Source: a virus. Taken from it: a stretch of DNA of 64,000 nt. The translations under genes were made by a program, and so were the position numbers. The notes under the pieces were generated by a model that saw only the letters and a list, made by a program, of their open reading frames with translations, did not search any database and was not told the DNA's origin. The stretch's first letter is position 1, and every line of letters starts with the position of its first letter. Location of the stretch: UHGV virus genome UHGV-1372779, one strand, 5' to 3'. This document shows, piece by piece, positions 20,701 to 31,500 of this stretch.

Positions 20701-23700
20701 TTCTATAAGAGCATCTTGCTTAAAATCTAAATGAAGATCTACTATAAAATATGGAGCTTCAAGACCCTGTACTTCGTTAAGTTTAAATATCTTAACTTTC
20801 TTATCATGAGTTCTATTGTATTCAGTGATAAGTTTATAGGTACTTGAATTGGTATCATCATATATATATCCTATATCTCCATTAGTGTTGGAATATAAAT
20901 TCTCAATCTCTTCAATAGAAGTAGAAGCAGCTAATTTTTCTCCGTTTAATATTCCATTTTCCTGATAATATTTTAGGGAAGGGATATTACCTAGAATTTG
21001 TCTGTGTAGTGGAACTAAATCATCAAAGGATAAATTATTATCTTTTGCATAAATTTGTTCATTAGCTGTTCTTAATGCATCTAAATTATCCTTCTTATGT
21101 ATATTAGAGACTCTTAATGAAGTTGATAATGTAGGGGTAGAAACTTTCAAAGCATCTACATCTATCCCCATATATAACCCATCTGATACTCTATGATACC
21201 CTGATTGAACTAAATCTCCGAATGTTAATAAAATCTTATTATTGATTCTTGCCCATTCAGAGAGTACTTCTAATTCAAATTTGGAGAAGTGAGTAACTTC
21301 ATCAATATAGATTATCCTTTGATCTTTAAAAGCATCATTATTGAAATTAGATTTACCTAAATATTTGTTCTTTAGTTTATAATTTTGATAATTATGCTCT
21401 TTAATATTTGTCCAATCTATATATTTACTATTATGTACTCCATTTTGGAAGTCATTGTTAGCTGAGGCTATTATTGAATAATCATTATATATATTGGTCA
21501 ATAATTCTTCTTTAGTAGAAGCAATATTACCTTGAGCATTAATTTCTCCATTAACAGTTGTTAGATCATCCTTATCACTAAAATTAGTTTCTAAAATTGC
21601 ATTAGTTAGATTTATAGCTTGTTGAGATTTAGGTCCAACTAATACAATTCTCTGATCACCTAGTAATTTATTAATTACCTTATTTGTAAGCCTTCCAACT
21701 CCATTGGTTTTCCCTACCCCAGGAGCACCATTATTGAATACTAAATTGTGATATGAGTCAGTATATTCTTTGTATACAGTTTTTAAGTGACCATCTCTAA
21801 TAGAGTTTAACTTATTTGAATCTACATATGTGATATTGTTCATAAAATCTGGATCTAATACCATTGCTACATTTATTCTAGTAGCATATTCTTGTGAAAA
21901 TATAGGTATTAAGAATTTTCCAGATTCTCTTTTAAATTCATCATCTATTATATCTTTAAGAGCTTTGCTATATTCAGAAGCCTTAATAGTAGATATAGTA
22001 TGATAGTATACAAATAACTCAGACGGGTCTAATTCCGATAAAGTTTCTGTTAGTGGGGAAGGATTATTATAATCACCTTTAACTAGCTTAGAATAATCAT
22101 ATCCTTGAAATAATCTTCCTATTAATTGTTGTTTAGTGAATTTATTAGAACTAGATAGAGAATTTACATTATCATATATTTTATCTTCTACCTTATTAAC
22201 TAAATCCTCTAGTTTAATAAAATCTTCATCAGATAAATCAGGTTTGAATAGTTCTTCTACATCATAATTATTTATAATATTGTCTACTTCCTCAAACATC
22301 TCTGGACATTTATTAGTAAAGTTCTTATCTAAGAAATTCTTTACTATAGCTTGTCTAGTTTTAATAGCTGTTAATTTATGTTCCCTTAATTTATTTCCTA
22401 CATTCTTTTCAGATAATTTTTTAAAGAAATTTAACTGATTCTGAACTCTAGTTAATTCATTAAGAACTTGAATAGCTATATTTTGATCAATTTCAGGAAG
22501 AATATCTGTAGAAGCTCCATCAACTTGATTTTGTTGTCTAAATCTATTTAAAGTAGTATTATATCCATATCCAGAACCATCTATATTAGTGGATCTAATA
22601 GTAGATGTTACTAATGATTTTAGTAAATCAATAGTTTGTATAGCATTAGTTAATTGCTCATTTCTGACTTTACCTTGAATAACATATTCTGAAAGTCTGG
22701 CTGCAGATTTAAGTTGAGCATTCTCATTCTCTAGAAGATCAAAAATATTAATTTGATTATCATCTCCTAATATTTCTACTTCTATTTTCTTTAATAAGTC
22801 TAGAATCGGATTATTTTTTAATTTATTCTCATTTATAAAAGAGTCAGATAATGTTACTAGTTCCTGAAGAGATGATTTAGAGTCGTAAACATTAGCATTA
22901 TTTAAAGCATTAACTAGAACCATTTTTCCCTGATCTGAGATACTGGAGGGAATAATTATATTAGATACTTCAAACCAATTTTTAGCTCCTTTTAACTCAT
23001 TTGTTACTCTAATTAGCTCATTTAAATCATTAAATCCATTATCTTCTAAAGCTTGTTCAGCAAATGATAGCATATCAGGAGTAAGACCTAGACTTTCAAA
23101 TCCCTCTGGAGTTAATTTATCAATAGTAATAACTTCCTCCACACTAGGATCTATCATTAAGGCTATAGATTTATTTAGTACAGAATCATTCAGACTAAAT
23201 GCGCTATCAGGTTTTATATAATCTAGAAGTTGTTTATATAAATCCTTAGTAAGTTCTACATTATCTGCCTTAGCATCCGCCAATAATTGTTTAGCACTAG
23301 CCATTTTCATAAGAGGAGATAGTTCATAATTATATTTGTTAACTACTTCTCTAATTCCTACTCTTATATTATTTAAATATTGAGAAAAATCCTCATTATA
23401 TCTAGCGGTTACTATATTGGTAAATAATTGTCTTAACTCTGGAGAAGATATTTTGTTAGAATAATCCAATAATCTATCTCTTATTAAATCTGAAGATTCT
23501 ATATTAGAATCTGGATTATTAGTATTTGTTTGAGCTTCTTCACGAATTTCTCTTAATACTTTCCCAAATTCTGTTTCTTGCCCATTTTGATCTATAGGAG
23601 CTAAATTGCTTAAGAAATCATCTATAAAAGTTTGATTAAGTTCAGAAAATTTAGTTTTAGACCCAACTAAGGATGCAGAATTTATTCCTATAGGAATTAA

Positions 23701-26610
23701 ATGTTCTCCAGATTTTAAAGATAGATTTTGGAAGAATGTATTTACAATGTTCTGATTATTAGGATCAGTGAATGTAACATTATCATTATTTAAAATATAT
23801 CCTAGCCCTCTATTGGCGGGAACACCTTGCTCTATGTTTAAATTTCTTAGTATATTAAATTGATTAAGAGCATCTTCCTGAAGAGCTAATAAACTTTCTT
23901 CACTGCCATTGGCTAAATATTGTCTTATACCTTGAATAACAGGTATTTGTTTAGCTAATTCTAATAAATCTTTTCCATACTTTTTAGTACTTTCTTGGAA
24001 AATTTTATATCCTTCTTCAAATTTTTTATCAAAACTTTCTTTGTATTTATTATATCTTTCTCTAATATCAGCTTGTTCTGATTCTGATAAGGAGTTATAA
24101 TCTTTACCTAAAACACTTTTACTATAAGTTTGTATATCAGTAGATAAGATTGGGTCTTTAAATGCACCTAAATAGAATAATGATCTTGCTATATAGTTCT
24201 CAGTATTTAAACCATTGAGCATATCATCTTTCTGCTTTCTTAGTTCCGCTAACTTGGCTTCATTCTGTCTGATTTTAGCCTCAGCACCTTCAACATTTAT
24301 TCCCTCCTTACCTTTACCAGGATCCATTTGATCTCTTAATTCAGCATTTTCTCTAACTAATTCAACAATTTGTGTACCAATTTTGTTATAATCTTTAGCT
24401 ATTTGATAAATACCTTCGAAATCTAATAAATCTTTAGTTCTTTTATCTTGTAAAGAAATTTTAGCTAATAACTCATTTTCATCAAATCTTAGACCTTCTT
24501 GATCTATAATAGCATCCCATTGGTCTATTAAATTATTAGCTATATCTATAACAGCATCATTTAATGAATCACCATTGCCTTTTGCTGGTTTATATTGGAT
24601 TTCATTATCTACTATAATAGGATCGAAAGCTGATAATTCTTTTGGAGCTACTCCTTTAGTTCTTAATTTCTCTAAAGCATTTTTTAATTCATACTTCTTT
24701 CCATTTCTAAGTAATTGGAATATGTGAGCTTTAGTATCTTCTGGGAGTTTATTATTTATTTCTGATCCTCTATTAGCTACTCTAAATATAGCTCCACCAA
24801 TAGCACCTCCGGCTCCTGCCATTAAGTATCTTTCTAAAGGATTAGAATTAAGAAAATCGAAACTTGCTTCTTTTTGAGTTCCAAATACTCCAGTTAGAGC
24901 ATCTGTGAATCCTTTAGATAAGTCCATAATAGCTTCTTCAGACATTTCTTCTATTCCTTCAGCTATAGCTCCTCCTATTACTCCTCCTTTAGCTATCTGA
25001 TCAGAAGCACTTCTATATATATTACCTGCCTTCTTCAGTAACAGGTTGAATGTTTTCTTGTCTTTTACTGGTTGAGATAAAAATTCTGGAACTTGTTCTT
25101 TGAGATCTTCTACTAATTTTTTACCTGCATTTCTATATATTACTCTTTCACTATCAAATCCTAATCCTTTTAATGCAGTTTGTCCTATTTCAGTGGATCC
25201 AATCATCCAAGTAGTTGCAGCCATAGCTAATGCAGCAGTAAATGCTGCTGTGGATCTGTCATATCCAGCATCTAATCCGTCATTGAATACATCCATAGTA
25301 GATATTCCAGACATATAGAAACTAGATAGCCACTTTCCTAATATACTATTTCTTATAGCCGCAGTTCTTGCCACTTTATCAATTTCAGGAACAGATCCCA
25401 TTAAAGTCCTTAAAGTCTCATTATTAGACAATTTTCCAGTGTTTAATATCTCATCAGCTATTTCATCACCAAATAATTCTCTAGTTTTCTTAATGGCTGC
25501 TCTTTCTGGATTTCCTAAACCTAACTTTGTAGGTATTTGAGCTAATAATCTTTGTTGATATAATTGAGATGCTACATCAGAAATTAAATTACCAAAATTT
25601 TCAAATGTAATCATGTTCTCCTTAGACTCCTCTGATACTCCAGGACTAAGAGAGGATAATTTGCCTTCTATAGTATTTAATAATCCATACTCATAATCTT
25701 TCTTATCTGGATTAAATACTCCATCAAGCATTTTATATAAAGTAATACCTAATTGAGCCGAATTTTTTGCAACTAATCCATATGTATAATATTCACCTAC
25801 ATAAGGAATAAACATAGGAGCAATGGTTGCCACAGTTTGAGCTATGGTTCCGGCTACACTTTTCTCTTTGCCATCATTGTCTAAGAAGTCAAATTTATTA
25901 ATTGTACTTCCTTCTTTAGTAATTACATTAAATGGAGACAAGAACTCCTTACCATGAGCAGCTCTATTACCTAAAGTTTCATAATAAGGACTTCCATTCT
26001 CATCTAATTTCATTTCTCCCTTATAATGTTTAACCATTCTTCCGGTTTCTGAATCTGGAATTTCTACATCTTCTTCATATCTTGCAAAGACAATAGGGGT
26101 TTCGTTAATAGTTCCCCAGAATCCTAGATCTTCAGGAGTTTTGTTCATCCAAGAACTTGTTCTAGTATCCCAAATTCTATTAGATTGAGCTATTTCATAA
26201 GGAGACAATTTGCTTTCAGAAGTTCCTAGGACTGTAGATAAACCCTCAGTTTCTATAAAAGGATTTCTTCTTTTATTTATTTTTAAATCAATCTTTTGAG
26301 TTTTTTCCTGAGGGAGCCTAATAGCTGACATTATATCATACTCTATTTCAGGTAACTTAGTATCCTTGAAGTCTCCCTGAGAGAAGGTATTGAATGAAGA
26401 TAGAGCTTGATTATAAAAATTATCAAAGGCTTCATTATTGAATTTACCCTCATTATCTGTAAAAGCTTGAACTATTTTATCATTTTTCTTATAATTATCT
26501 TTATCTTGTAGAATAACATCTTTAGGAGAAATTCCGTTTTGTAGATAGTCTGTATAATTTGCATTCTGGTTTTGATAATATAAACCAAACCAATCTCTTT
26601 TTTCTTCCAT
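17722..26610 (-). CDS. Giant protein of 2962 aa with an embedded SF1B (Dda/RecD/Pif1-like) helicase domain.
   Basis: Walker A 'GAPGVGKT', motif Ia-like 'LVGPKSQQAIN', Walker B 'IIYIDEVTHF', motif III-like 'LTFGDLVQ', motif V-like 'VQGLEAPYF' and motif VI-like 'LYTAITRSK' are read in order from the translation. Confidence 0.75.
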   Translation of the reverse strand: MEEKRDWFGLYYQNQNANYTDYLQNGISPKDVILQDKDNYKKNDKIVQAFTDNEGKFNNEAFDNFYNQALSSFNTFSQGDFKDTKLPEIEYDIMSAIRLPQEKTQKIDLKINKRRNPFIETEGLSTVLGTSESKLSPYEIAQSNRIWDTRTSSWMNKTPEDLGFWGTINETPIVFARYEEDVEIPDSETGRMVKHYKGEMKLDENGSPYYETLGNRAAHGKEFLSPFNVITKEGSTINKFDFLDNDGKEKSVAGTIAQTVATIAPMFIPYVGEYYTYGLVAKNSAQLGITLYKMLDGVFNPDKKDYEYGLLNTIEGKLSSLSPGVSEESKENMITFENFGNLISDVASQLYQQRLLAQIPTKLGLGNPERAAIKKTRELFGDEIADEILNTGKLSNNETLRTLMGSVPEIDKVARTAAIRNSILGKWLSSFYMSGISTMDVFNDGLDAGYDRSTAAFTAALAMAATTWMIGSTEIGQTALKGLGFDSERVIYRNAGKKLVEDLKEQVPEFLSQPVKDKKTFNLLLKKAGNIYRSASDQIAKGGVIGGAIAEGIEEMSEEAIMDLSKGFTDALTGVFGTQKEASFDFLNSNPLERYLMAGAGGAIGGAIFRVANRGSEINNKLPEDTKAHIFQLLRNGKKYELKNALEKLRTKGVAPKELSAFDPIIVDNEIQYKPAKGNGDSLNDAVIDIANNLIDQWDAIIDQEGLRFDENELLAKISLQDKRTKDLLDFEGIYQIAKDYNKIGTQIVELVRENAELRDQMDPGKGKEGINVEGAEAKIRQNEAKLAELRKQKDDMLNGLNTENYIARSLFYLGAFKDPILSTDIQTYSKSVLGKDYNSLSESEQADIRERYNKYKESFDKKFEEGYKIFQESTKKYGKDLLELAKQIPVIQGIRQYLANGSEESLLALQEDALNQFNILRNLNIEQGVPANRGLGYILNNDNVTFTDPNNQNIVNTFFQNLSLKSGEHLIPIGINSASLVGSKTKFSELNQTFIDDFLSNLAPIDQNGQETEFGKVLREIREEAQTNTNNPDSNIESSDLIRDRLLDYSNKISSPELRQLFTNIVTARYNEDFSQYLNNIRVGIREVVNKYNYELSPLMKMASAKQLLADAKADNVELTKDLYKQLLDYIKPDSAFSLNDSVLNKSIALMIDPSVEEVITIDKLTPEGFESLGLTPDMLSFAEQALEDNGFNDLNELIRVTNELKGAKNWFEVSNIIIPSSISDQGKMVLVNALNNANVYDSKSSLQELVTLSDSFINENKLKNNPILDLLKKIEVEILGDDNQINIFDLLENENAQLKSAARLSEYVIQGKVRNEQLTNAIQTIDLLKSLVTSTIRSTNIDGSGYGYNTTLNRFRQQNQVDGASTDILPEIDQNIAIQVLNELTRVQNQLNFFKKLSEKNVGNKLREHKLTAIKTRQAIVKNFLDKNFTNKCPEMFEEVDNIINNYDVEELFKPDLSDEDFIKLEDLVNKVEDKIYDNVNSLSSSNKFTKQQLIGRLFQGYDYSKLVKGDYNNPSPLTETLSELDPSELFVYYHTISTIKASEYSKALKDIIDDEFKRESGKFLIPIFSQEYATRINVAMVLDPDFMNNITYVDSNKLNSIRDGHLKTVYKEYTDSYHNLVFNNGAPGVGKTNGVGRLTNKVINKLLGDQRIVLVGPKSQQAINLTNAILETNFSDKDDLTTVNGEINAQGNIASTKEELLTNIYNDYSIIASANNDFQNGVHNSKYIDWTNIKEHNYQNYKLKNKYLGKSNFNNDAFKDQRIIYIDEVTHFSKFELEVLSEWARINNKILLTFGDLVQSGYHRVSDGLYMGIDVDALKVSTPTLSTSLRVSNIHKKDNLDALRTANEQIYAKDNNLSFDDLVPLHRQILGNIPSLKYYQENGILNGEKLAASTSIEEIENLYSNTNGDIGYIYDDTNSSTYKLITEYNRTHDKKVKIFKLNEVQGLEAPYFIVDLHLDFKQDALIEKNIRDLYTAITRSKDGTIIIDNNLSSQTFTKGSEKLNYTQESVLSSESAKSFSELRLKSLESILQNYVAPETITPQEPKSKTTTSDTKTGNVTLDRVIDEVFDQDEEKSNRVTEELYRSDSKVREYPEDSFIAYSYDNRIKEFPIKDKDGNILSYSIKSDITSSGLYDSDHTAFFNGSYSKLSPDNFKKVDRTVQSIKSVLYSFKSKERRNQELDLIESNVNNTFRDVVGNTGSLDLKNGKFQLKAVKYFYDGEIHSDGSNRSERLRVVYTIPILNSSTSQQNIELSIYSLPNGNEAKFEKSKWFASYKPFYSEIMNRVPSDYSKLYTSEYIPLSDDFELEKITNLVIYKKDPEGRKHYNFEDRGTQFKGIYFSNPYVVVDYNSNKTKRNSDIQEASDRIIEAQNDYNRTRERYNSTEDLTERTKIGRELQDKLLKLTYETKKYNLKGKAIVFATYAEKIYDEDGNVIPESEYGDYYIRQASGEFDNNPDMRDKIRMIVLSPNPLTFREFFNNYDKYVKSYSQSSASKLGNKFYKSYFGDYTGFDIILSILNYKNWLEAYGQTGNKFYKIADRLYSGLSALASTNSQQLTNIKTPNATEFHIMRIMERMHQELDSKLLDQYKSSAEKINGNDVLRYFREIINDKIREEQGKYTSNIIENKENETFFLNLDKDITSENLFDFMEAALTGKVQGKDMPNYNPIFKEGIYPFPVMMYDKDQQGHTGDKNFIRAVNLEGSYYIDRDLQTPQFAFVASRDLANPEEFGYKKVEKPQDVSQPESQTINNSEPSIKPETEQKTQIQSKNVKQALDYLTWVSDRISNPVVKSEFDKIIPSMLPTIEANVDGPVNIKTFVDNLVSKYIPQLNSIIPGLNISHGSDSIVSHIKYVGGEFTIFTQPKPIENIEDNIRKSNENRLYLQNNFGSMFSASEISAIDLATLADNFKLIESNIGDLKLINDLVINGRIDSNILNILSNENVKSALIDINKIRSKYNIC

Positions 26611-26615
26611 ATATT

Positions 26616-28508
26616 TTATTTGTTTAAACCAAATCTGTCTGATAAATCCAGTTGAGTAGGATTATCTAATGAACTTTGATTTCTTGCCATATTCATAAAT
26701 TCTAATCTATCTTTTGTAACTAATGGAGAATTTCCTCCAACAATAGACCTCATTATTATATCATCACTCATAGGTAAGAATAAAGAAGTTTTATATATAG
26801 CCTCATCTGGGAAGAATGGAATCCAAGTTGTGTCTGGAGCAAATGAAGATGTTCTTGTATCTTTATTAGATCCAGATGCTCTTACCTTAGCATATAGTTC
26901 TTGTACATCCTCTCTTTCTCTCTTTGGCAAAGCTTGTAAAAAGCTTTCTGCAGAAGTTTTCTCTACAACTGAATCTGGAACATAAGAAGGAATGACCATG
27001 AATTGAGTCATGAATTCTAATTGTTGAGAAGTAGGTAAATCCCCAGTTAAGATTAGATGAGATACATTATGTTTATCATATATCTTCTTTTTAGCTTCTT
27101 CAGATGGGTTATTTAATTGTTTAATTTCTTCATCAGCTAAACTTAATCTATTTAATGCATCTAAATCTACCACTTTAGATCCATTGGCATTTCTAATGAA
27201 CGGCATCCAAGCTGTTGCAACTTGATCATTAGAATATAATATCTTAGATAAATCTACATCTGATAAGGTTTCTCCAGTTCCTAGAGAAGCTCCATTAGGA
27301 TCTACTAATGCTCCTAGTCCTCCAGTAGAGATTATATCAGACATATAGTTATTATTTAATAACTTCTTATCAGCTCCAACTAAAGGAGATATATTTGCTT
27401 TAGTAGATAATGAATATTTACCTCCCAGTCTAACTGTATAATCCTTAGTTTTAGCTGCTCCTGCGTAGATTTCAAAAGGTCCTAATTCAGTTAATCCAGC
27501 ACTTCCAGAAGAAGATTTTCTGCCTGATCCATCAAGTACTCCTTCATCTTTAATAGATTGTTTTTCACTATGATAAGTTCCATATGTTAATAGATCAGCT
27601 AAAGCATTTAAAGCATTTTCTCTAGGATTTCCAGATTCATTTATAGCTGCTTGAGCTGTTAGAGTATTCTTTGCATGTTGAGGAAGTTTATTCCATATTC
27701 TTATCAGTGCTGTATTTAAATGATTTCTTTGAGTAGAAACTTCTGTTGTCATTTTATATAAATTATCATCTGGAGCTGTTCCTAATTTAGTGTTTATTAA
27801 TTTTTGAAGTTCATTATTAAACTCATTAGCTCTAGCTTTATTTATATATAAATCAGAAGAAGTATCTTCTTTTTGGATCATTTTAATAGCTGTATCTATT
27901 TCTTTATTTATATCGTTAATACTAAGACTTCCGGCCACAGTTTGAGATAAAGTTTTATCAAATAAAAATGCTTTGCTATTATTCCTTAATGTAAGAAGAT
28001 CATTATTAGTTAGTAAATGATATTGATCCTTATTCTCAGCATAGTCCATAGGATTAACTACAACCATTTTCCCTGACTTATCTTGTGCATATAAATTTCC
28101 ATCAAATGTGATAGCTGCTTCTGATAATGTTCCCTTATCCAAAGCTATTTTTCTAGCCTCATCATACATTTGTTTATTATTCTGTATTTCATTTAATCTA
28201 GCTACTAAATTAGTATATTGTCTAAGGGTCATTGGTTGACCTGTTAATTGTGAATCTGAAAATAGATCACCTACTTGTTGGGCAAAATAATTTACCTCAT
28301 TATTTAATCCCTTACCCGCCATACTCCCAATAACATCTTGAATCTGTTTTTGAGTAGCATCTATTTTAGTATCTCCACCTTTAGCACTTGCACTAGCCTG
28401 TGCTGATGTAGTTGGATCTGCTCCTATTTGTTGAAAAAAGGGGGTGTATCCCACCCACGGTGCTGATAGTTCACCCCCTTGTTGTAATTTTTGTATATTA
28501 AAGTTCAT
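26616..28508 (-). CDS. Putative internal virion protein of 630 aa with an N-terminal 'MNFNIQKLQQGG' leader.
   Basis: Long ORF, tightly packed against its neighbours. It shares the KLQxGG N-terminal motif with three neighbouring genes. Confidence 0.65.
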   Translation of the reverse strand: MNFNIQKLQQGGELSAPWVGYTPFFQQIGADPTTSAQASASAKGGDTKIDATQKQIQDVIGSMAGKGLNNEVNYFAQQVGDLFSDSQLTGQPMTLRQYTNLVARLNEIQNNKQMYDEARKIALDKGTLSEAAITFDGNLYAQDKSGKMVVVNPMDYAENKDQYHLLTNNDLLTLRNNSKAFLFDKTLSQTVAGSLSINDINKEIDTAIKMIQKEDTSSDLYINKARANEFNNELQKLINTKLGTAPDDNLYKMTTEVSTQRNHLNTALIRIWNKLPQHAKNTLTAQAAINESGNPRENALNALADLLTYGTYHSEKQSIKDEGVLDGSGRKSSSGSAGLTELGPFEIYAGAAKTKDYTVRLGGKYSLSTKANISPLVGADKKLLNNNYMSDIISTGGLGALVDPNGASLGTGETLSDVDLSKILYSNDQVATAWMPFIRNANGSKVVDLDALNRLSLADEEIKQLNNPSEEAKKKIYDKHNVSHLILTGDLPTSQQLEFMTQFMVIPSYVPDSVVEKTSAESFLQALPKREREDVQELYAKVRASGSNKDTRTSSFAPDTTWIPFFPDEAIYKTSLFLPMSDDIIMRSIVGGNSPLVTKDRLEFMNMARNQSSLDNPTQLDLSDRFGLNK

Positions 28509-28509
28509 A

Positions 28510-31500
28510 TTACCATATTTGTCTTAACATTCCTTTGGACTGTAGTAATTGATAACCAATATTTCTATTTAATCTACTTTGCTGAATAGCCATTAGATCA
28601 GACATTAATCTTTTCCTATCTTGTTCATAGGTAGGAGAGTTAAGATCTAAACTGTCTAATTCTTTTTGTAATCTAGCCTCATTCACATTTTCCTTTGCAA
28701 CTGTAGAGAAATCTTTTTTCTGAGTATTTAATAACTCTTGTTGAGTATTAAGTTGTTGTCTTTCTCCTGCTCTTTGCTTAATTTGTTCAGTTATATCATG
28801 TAAGAATACATCTGAATTCTGAGCATTTTGTGCTATTTTTTGAGCCTCTAGTTGTGCTTTTTGATTCTTCATATTAATTATAGAAGATCTATTTTGAGCT
28901 GCAACTTGTTCTCTTCTTGCTAAGTTATTAGCATTAACTTGGAAGGCTTTTTCTCTAGATTGCATTAAAGCTTGTTCATTAGCTAAATCTCCTTGGAGTC
29001 TAGCTTCAGAAGCAGCTTTATTCACAGCTAAATTATAAGCTAATTGTCTATCAGCATCAGAAGTCTGAGGAGTTCTAGTTAAATTTAATAAATTACCTGC
29101 TTGTCTATAATAAGAGTGTCTAACTCCTTCATTTCCCTGAATATTATAATTTATATCTTGAGGAGTATCTAATACAACAGGTTTTAATTTATTGTTTAAT
29201 AGATCAAATATCTTGTTATTAGCTCTATTTTTAGAATATAAAGAAATGATAGAAGATAAAGTACTTAATGGATAGCTAATATTAAAGTTTGGCTTATTTA
29301 ACTCTCCAACACTTGTTAATCCTGAACCATTAGTAGTCTTAGTAGAATAAGTAGTATTTGGAGTAATTCCTAAATTATTTCCTCCTAAAGCTTGTCTTTT
29401 TTGCTCTCTGCCTTGTTTAGCCAATTCACTTGTAATATAATCATCTCCGCTAACAGCTAATGTAACTCCAGGTTGAGAGGACATATTAAATGAAACAGGT
29501 CTCGCATTACCTTTCATGAACTCATATTTAGTATTGAGTCCAGGAAGAGAAGATAATCCTACCATATTTTTCTTAATATCATAAGCTCTATTATATTCTT
29601 TTGCAGACATTTGATTTAAGAAACTATTATCCACATCTTTATTTATGAAATCATCACCTGCAAGTAGTAGTGGTCCTCCATAAGCTAATTTAAGAACTCC
29701 ACCTAAACTTCTTCTTGCTATTCTTTCTCCCCTATCTTTAGATGTTTTTTTAGTTCCCTTAGCTTCTTTCTTAGAGACTTGTCTAGTTTTATTAGACTGT
29801 TTATCATATTCAACTTTTTGAGTAGCTTTCTGTGCTGCCTCTTTTTGTTGTTTATTGTAGTTTACTATATCCTGATACTCTTTTTGTCTAAACCTCTCTC
29901 TTTGTAGTCTTTCTCCAAGTTTTGCAGTTTCTTCTACATTCCTTCTTTCTTGATCAGCTTTTTCTTTTCTTTTAGCCTCCGCTTCCCTTTTACCCTTTTC
30001 TATATTATGAGCTTTTGCCTGTCTTTTTCTATCTTGTTCAGATATTCCACTAGCAAATTTGGCAGATTTTTGAGTTTTCTGTCTATTAGCTTCTGCCATA
30101 GTAGAGTATCTTCCTAAGTTTTCAGCCTCAGATTTATAAGGAGATTCTGAGGTTATTCTAACAGGTTTTATATCTTTTATAGATTTATATTGTATTTCTC
30201 CTACTCCTGCTGGGGCAGTGAAAGAATTTAATTGTCTAGATTCTGGAAGAGCTTCTATAATTTTTCCTTCTCCTAATTTGGGTCTATTTAGCACATTTTT
30301 ATCTACTTCTATAGTACCATAAGTATTAGGTTTAAGTTTTATGTACTTTTCCTCAGGAAGTGACACTTCTCCAGGCTTAGTAAACATTCTCTCTTCTAGT
30401 AATCCTTTCTTAAACCATCCATATTTATTATTAGCTAAATTTTCTACTACTTCTGGTTTAAGCTCTCTTCCTACTGTAGATTTATCTAGTTTAGCTTTAT
30501 TAGTTCCTATCCAAGATTTAGGAGATAATAATTCTTTCTTATTTAAATTAATAGTCCCTAACTCTTCATCGGATAGATTATATTGTTTTTTAAGTTTGTC
30601 TTTATAAAAAGCTAATTTTCCATTATTATCTAAACCATTAAATTTACCTATTTCTGATTCAGATAATGTTATAGTATAATTGTCTTTATTTGAAGAAACT
30701 GTGATTGGTTTAGATGAACCTTGTGTCTTTTGTGTAAAAGCTTGTTTAGCATAAGTTTGTCTTGCATTAGAGGCTAGTGGAGTTAATCCAGAAGCAAGCA
30801 TCCTCCAGTCTCCTATAGTCATTTCTTGTCCAGAAACTAATTTGGTCAACGCTGATCCAGCCTGAACGGCTCCTGCTGCTGTGAAATATTTTCTTAGTAA
30901 TGGAGCAACTCTTTTGGCAACTTTAGCCACTTTACTAGCTTTGGCAACACTTCCCAATCCTGGAATCAAGGTAGCAGCATCCATGCCTAAGTTCAATAAT
31001 GTGTTTCCTGCAATTCCCCAGCCAGACATATCACCTCTCTTAATATCAGCAGCTGTACTTAATGCAGTAGAACCAACTCCGGCAGTTGTTCCAACAACAT
31101 TTCCAACGCCAACAGCTGCAGTGGATACTAGACCAGTTACATCTAATGCAAGGGCAGCTAAATCTAATTTATCTGCATCAGATAAATCTCCAAAGCTGTC
31201 ATTGAATACATCTCCCATTGTAGCTGCGGTTTTCTCTCTAACATTATCTCCTAACATTATATTACCACCAGCCTGCAATTTAATAACTCCCCCATTTTTA
31301 TCCATTGCTACTGATCCTAGCCCACCTGTTGGTCTATTACCTCTAGTGACTTGTGCTAATGTAGTAGCTTGAGGTTTTATTGCTCCTTCAGTGCCTTTTA
31401 ATCCTCTTTGTATTAATTCTTGAAGAGTGACACTAACTGGATATTTAGATTGAGATGTTCCACTTCTTAATATAGTTTGATTACCTTGTTCATCAGTAAA

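Noticed and set aside
21400-21700. Possible intein at 'QNGVHNS' in the 2962-aa protein (a C-terminal HN-S-like motif).
   Set aside because: No upstream Cys/Ser plus block-A motif or Hint-like spacing. The segment lies within normal helicase motif Ia-II spacing.
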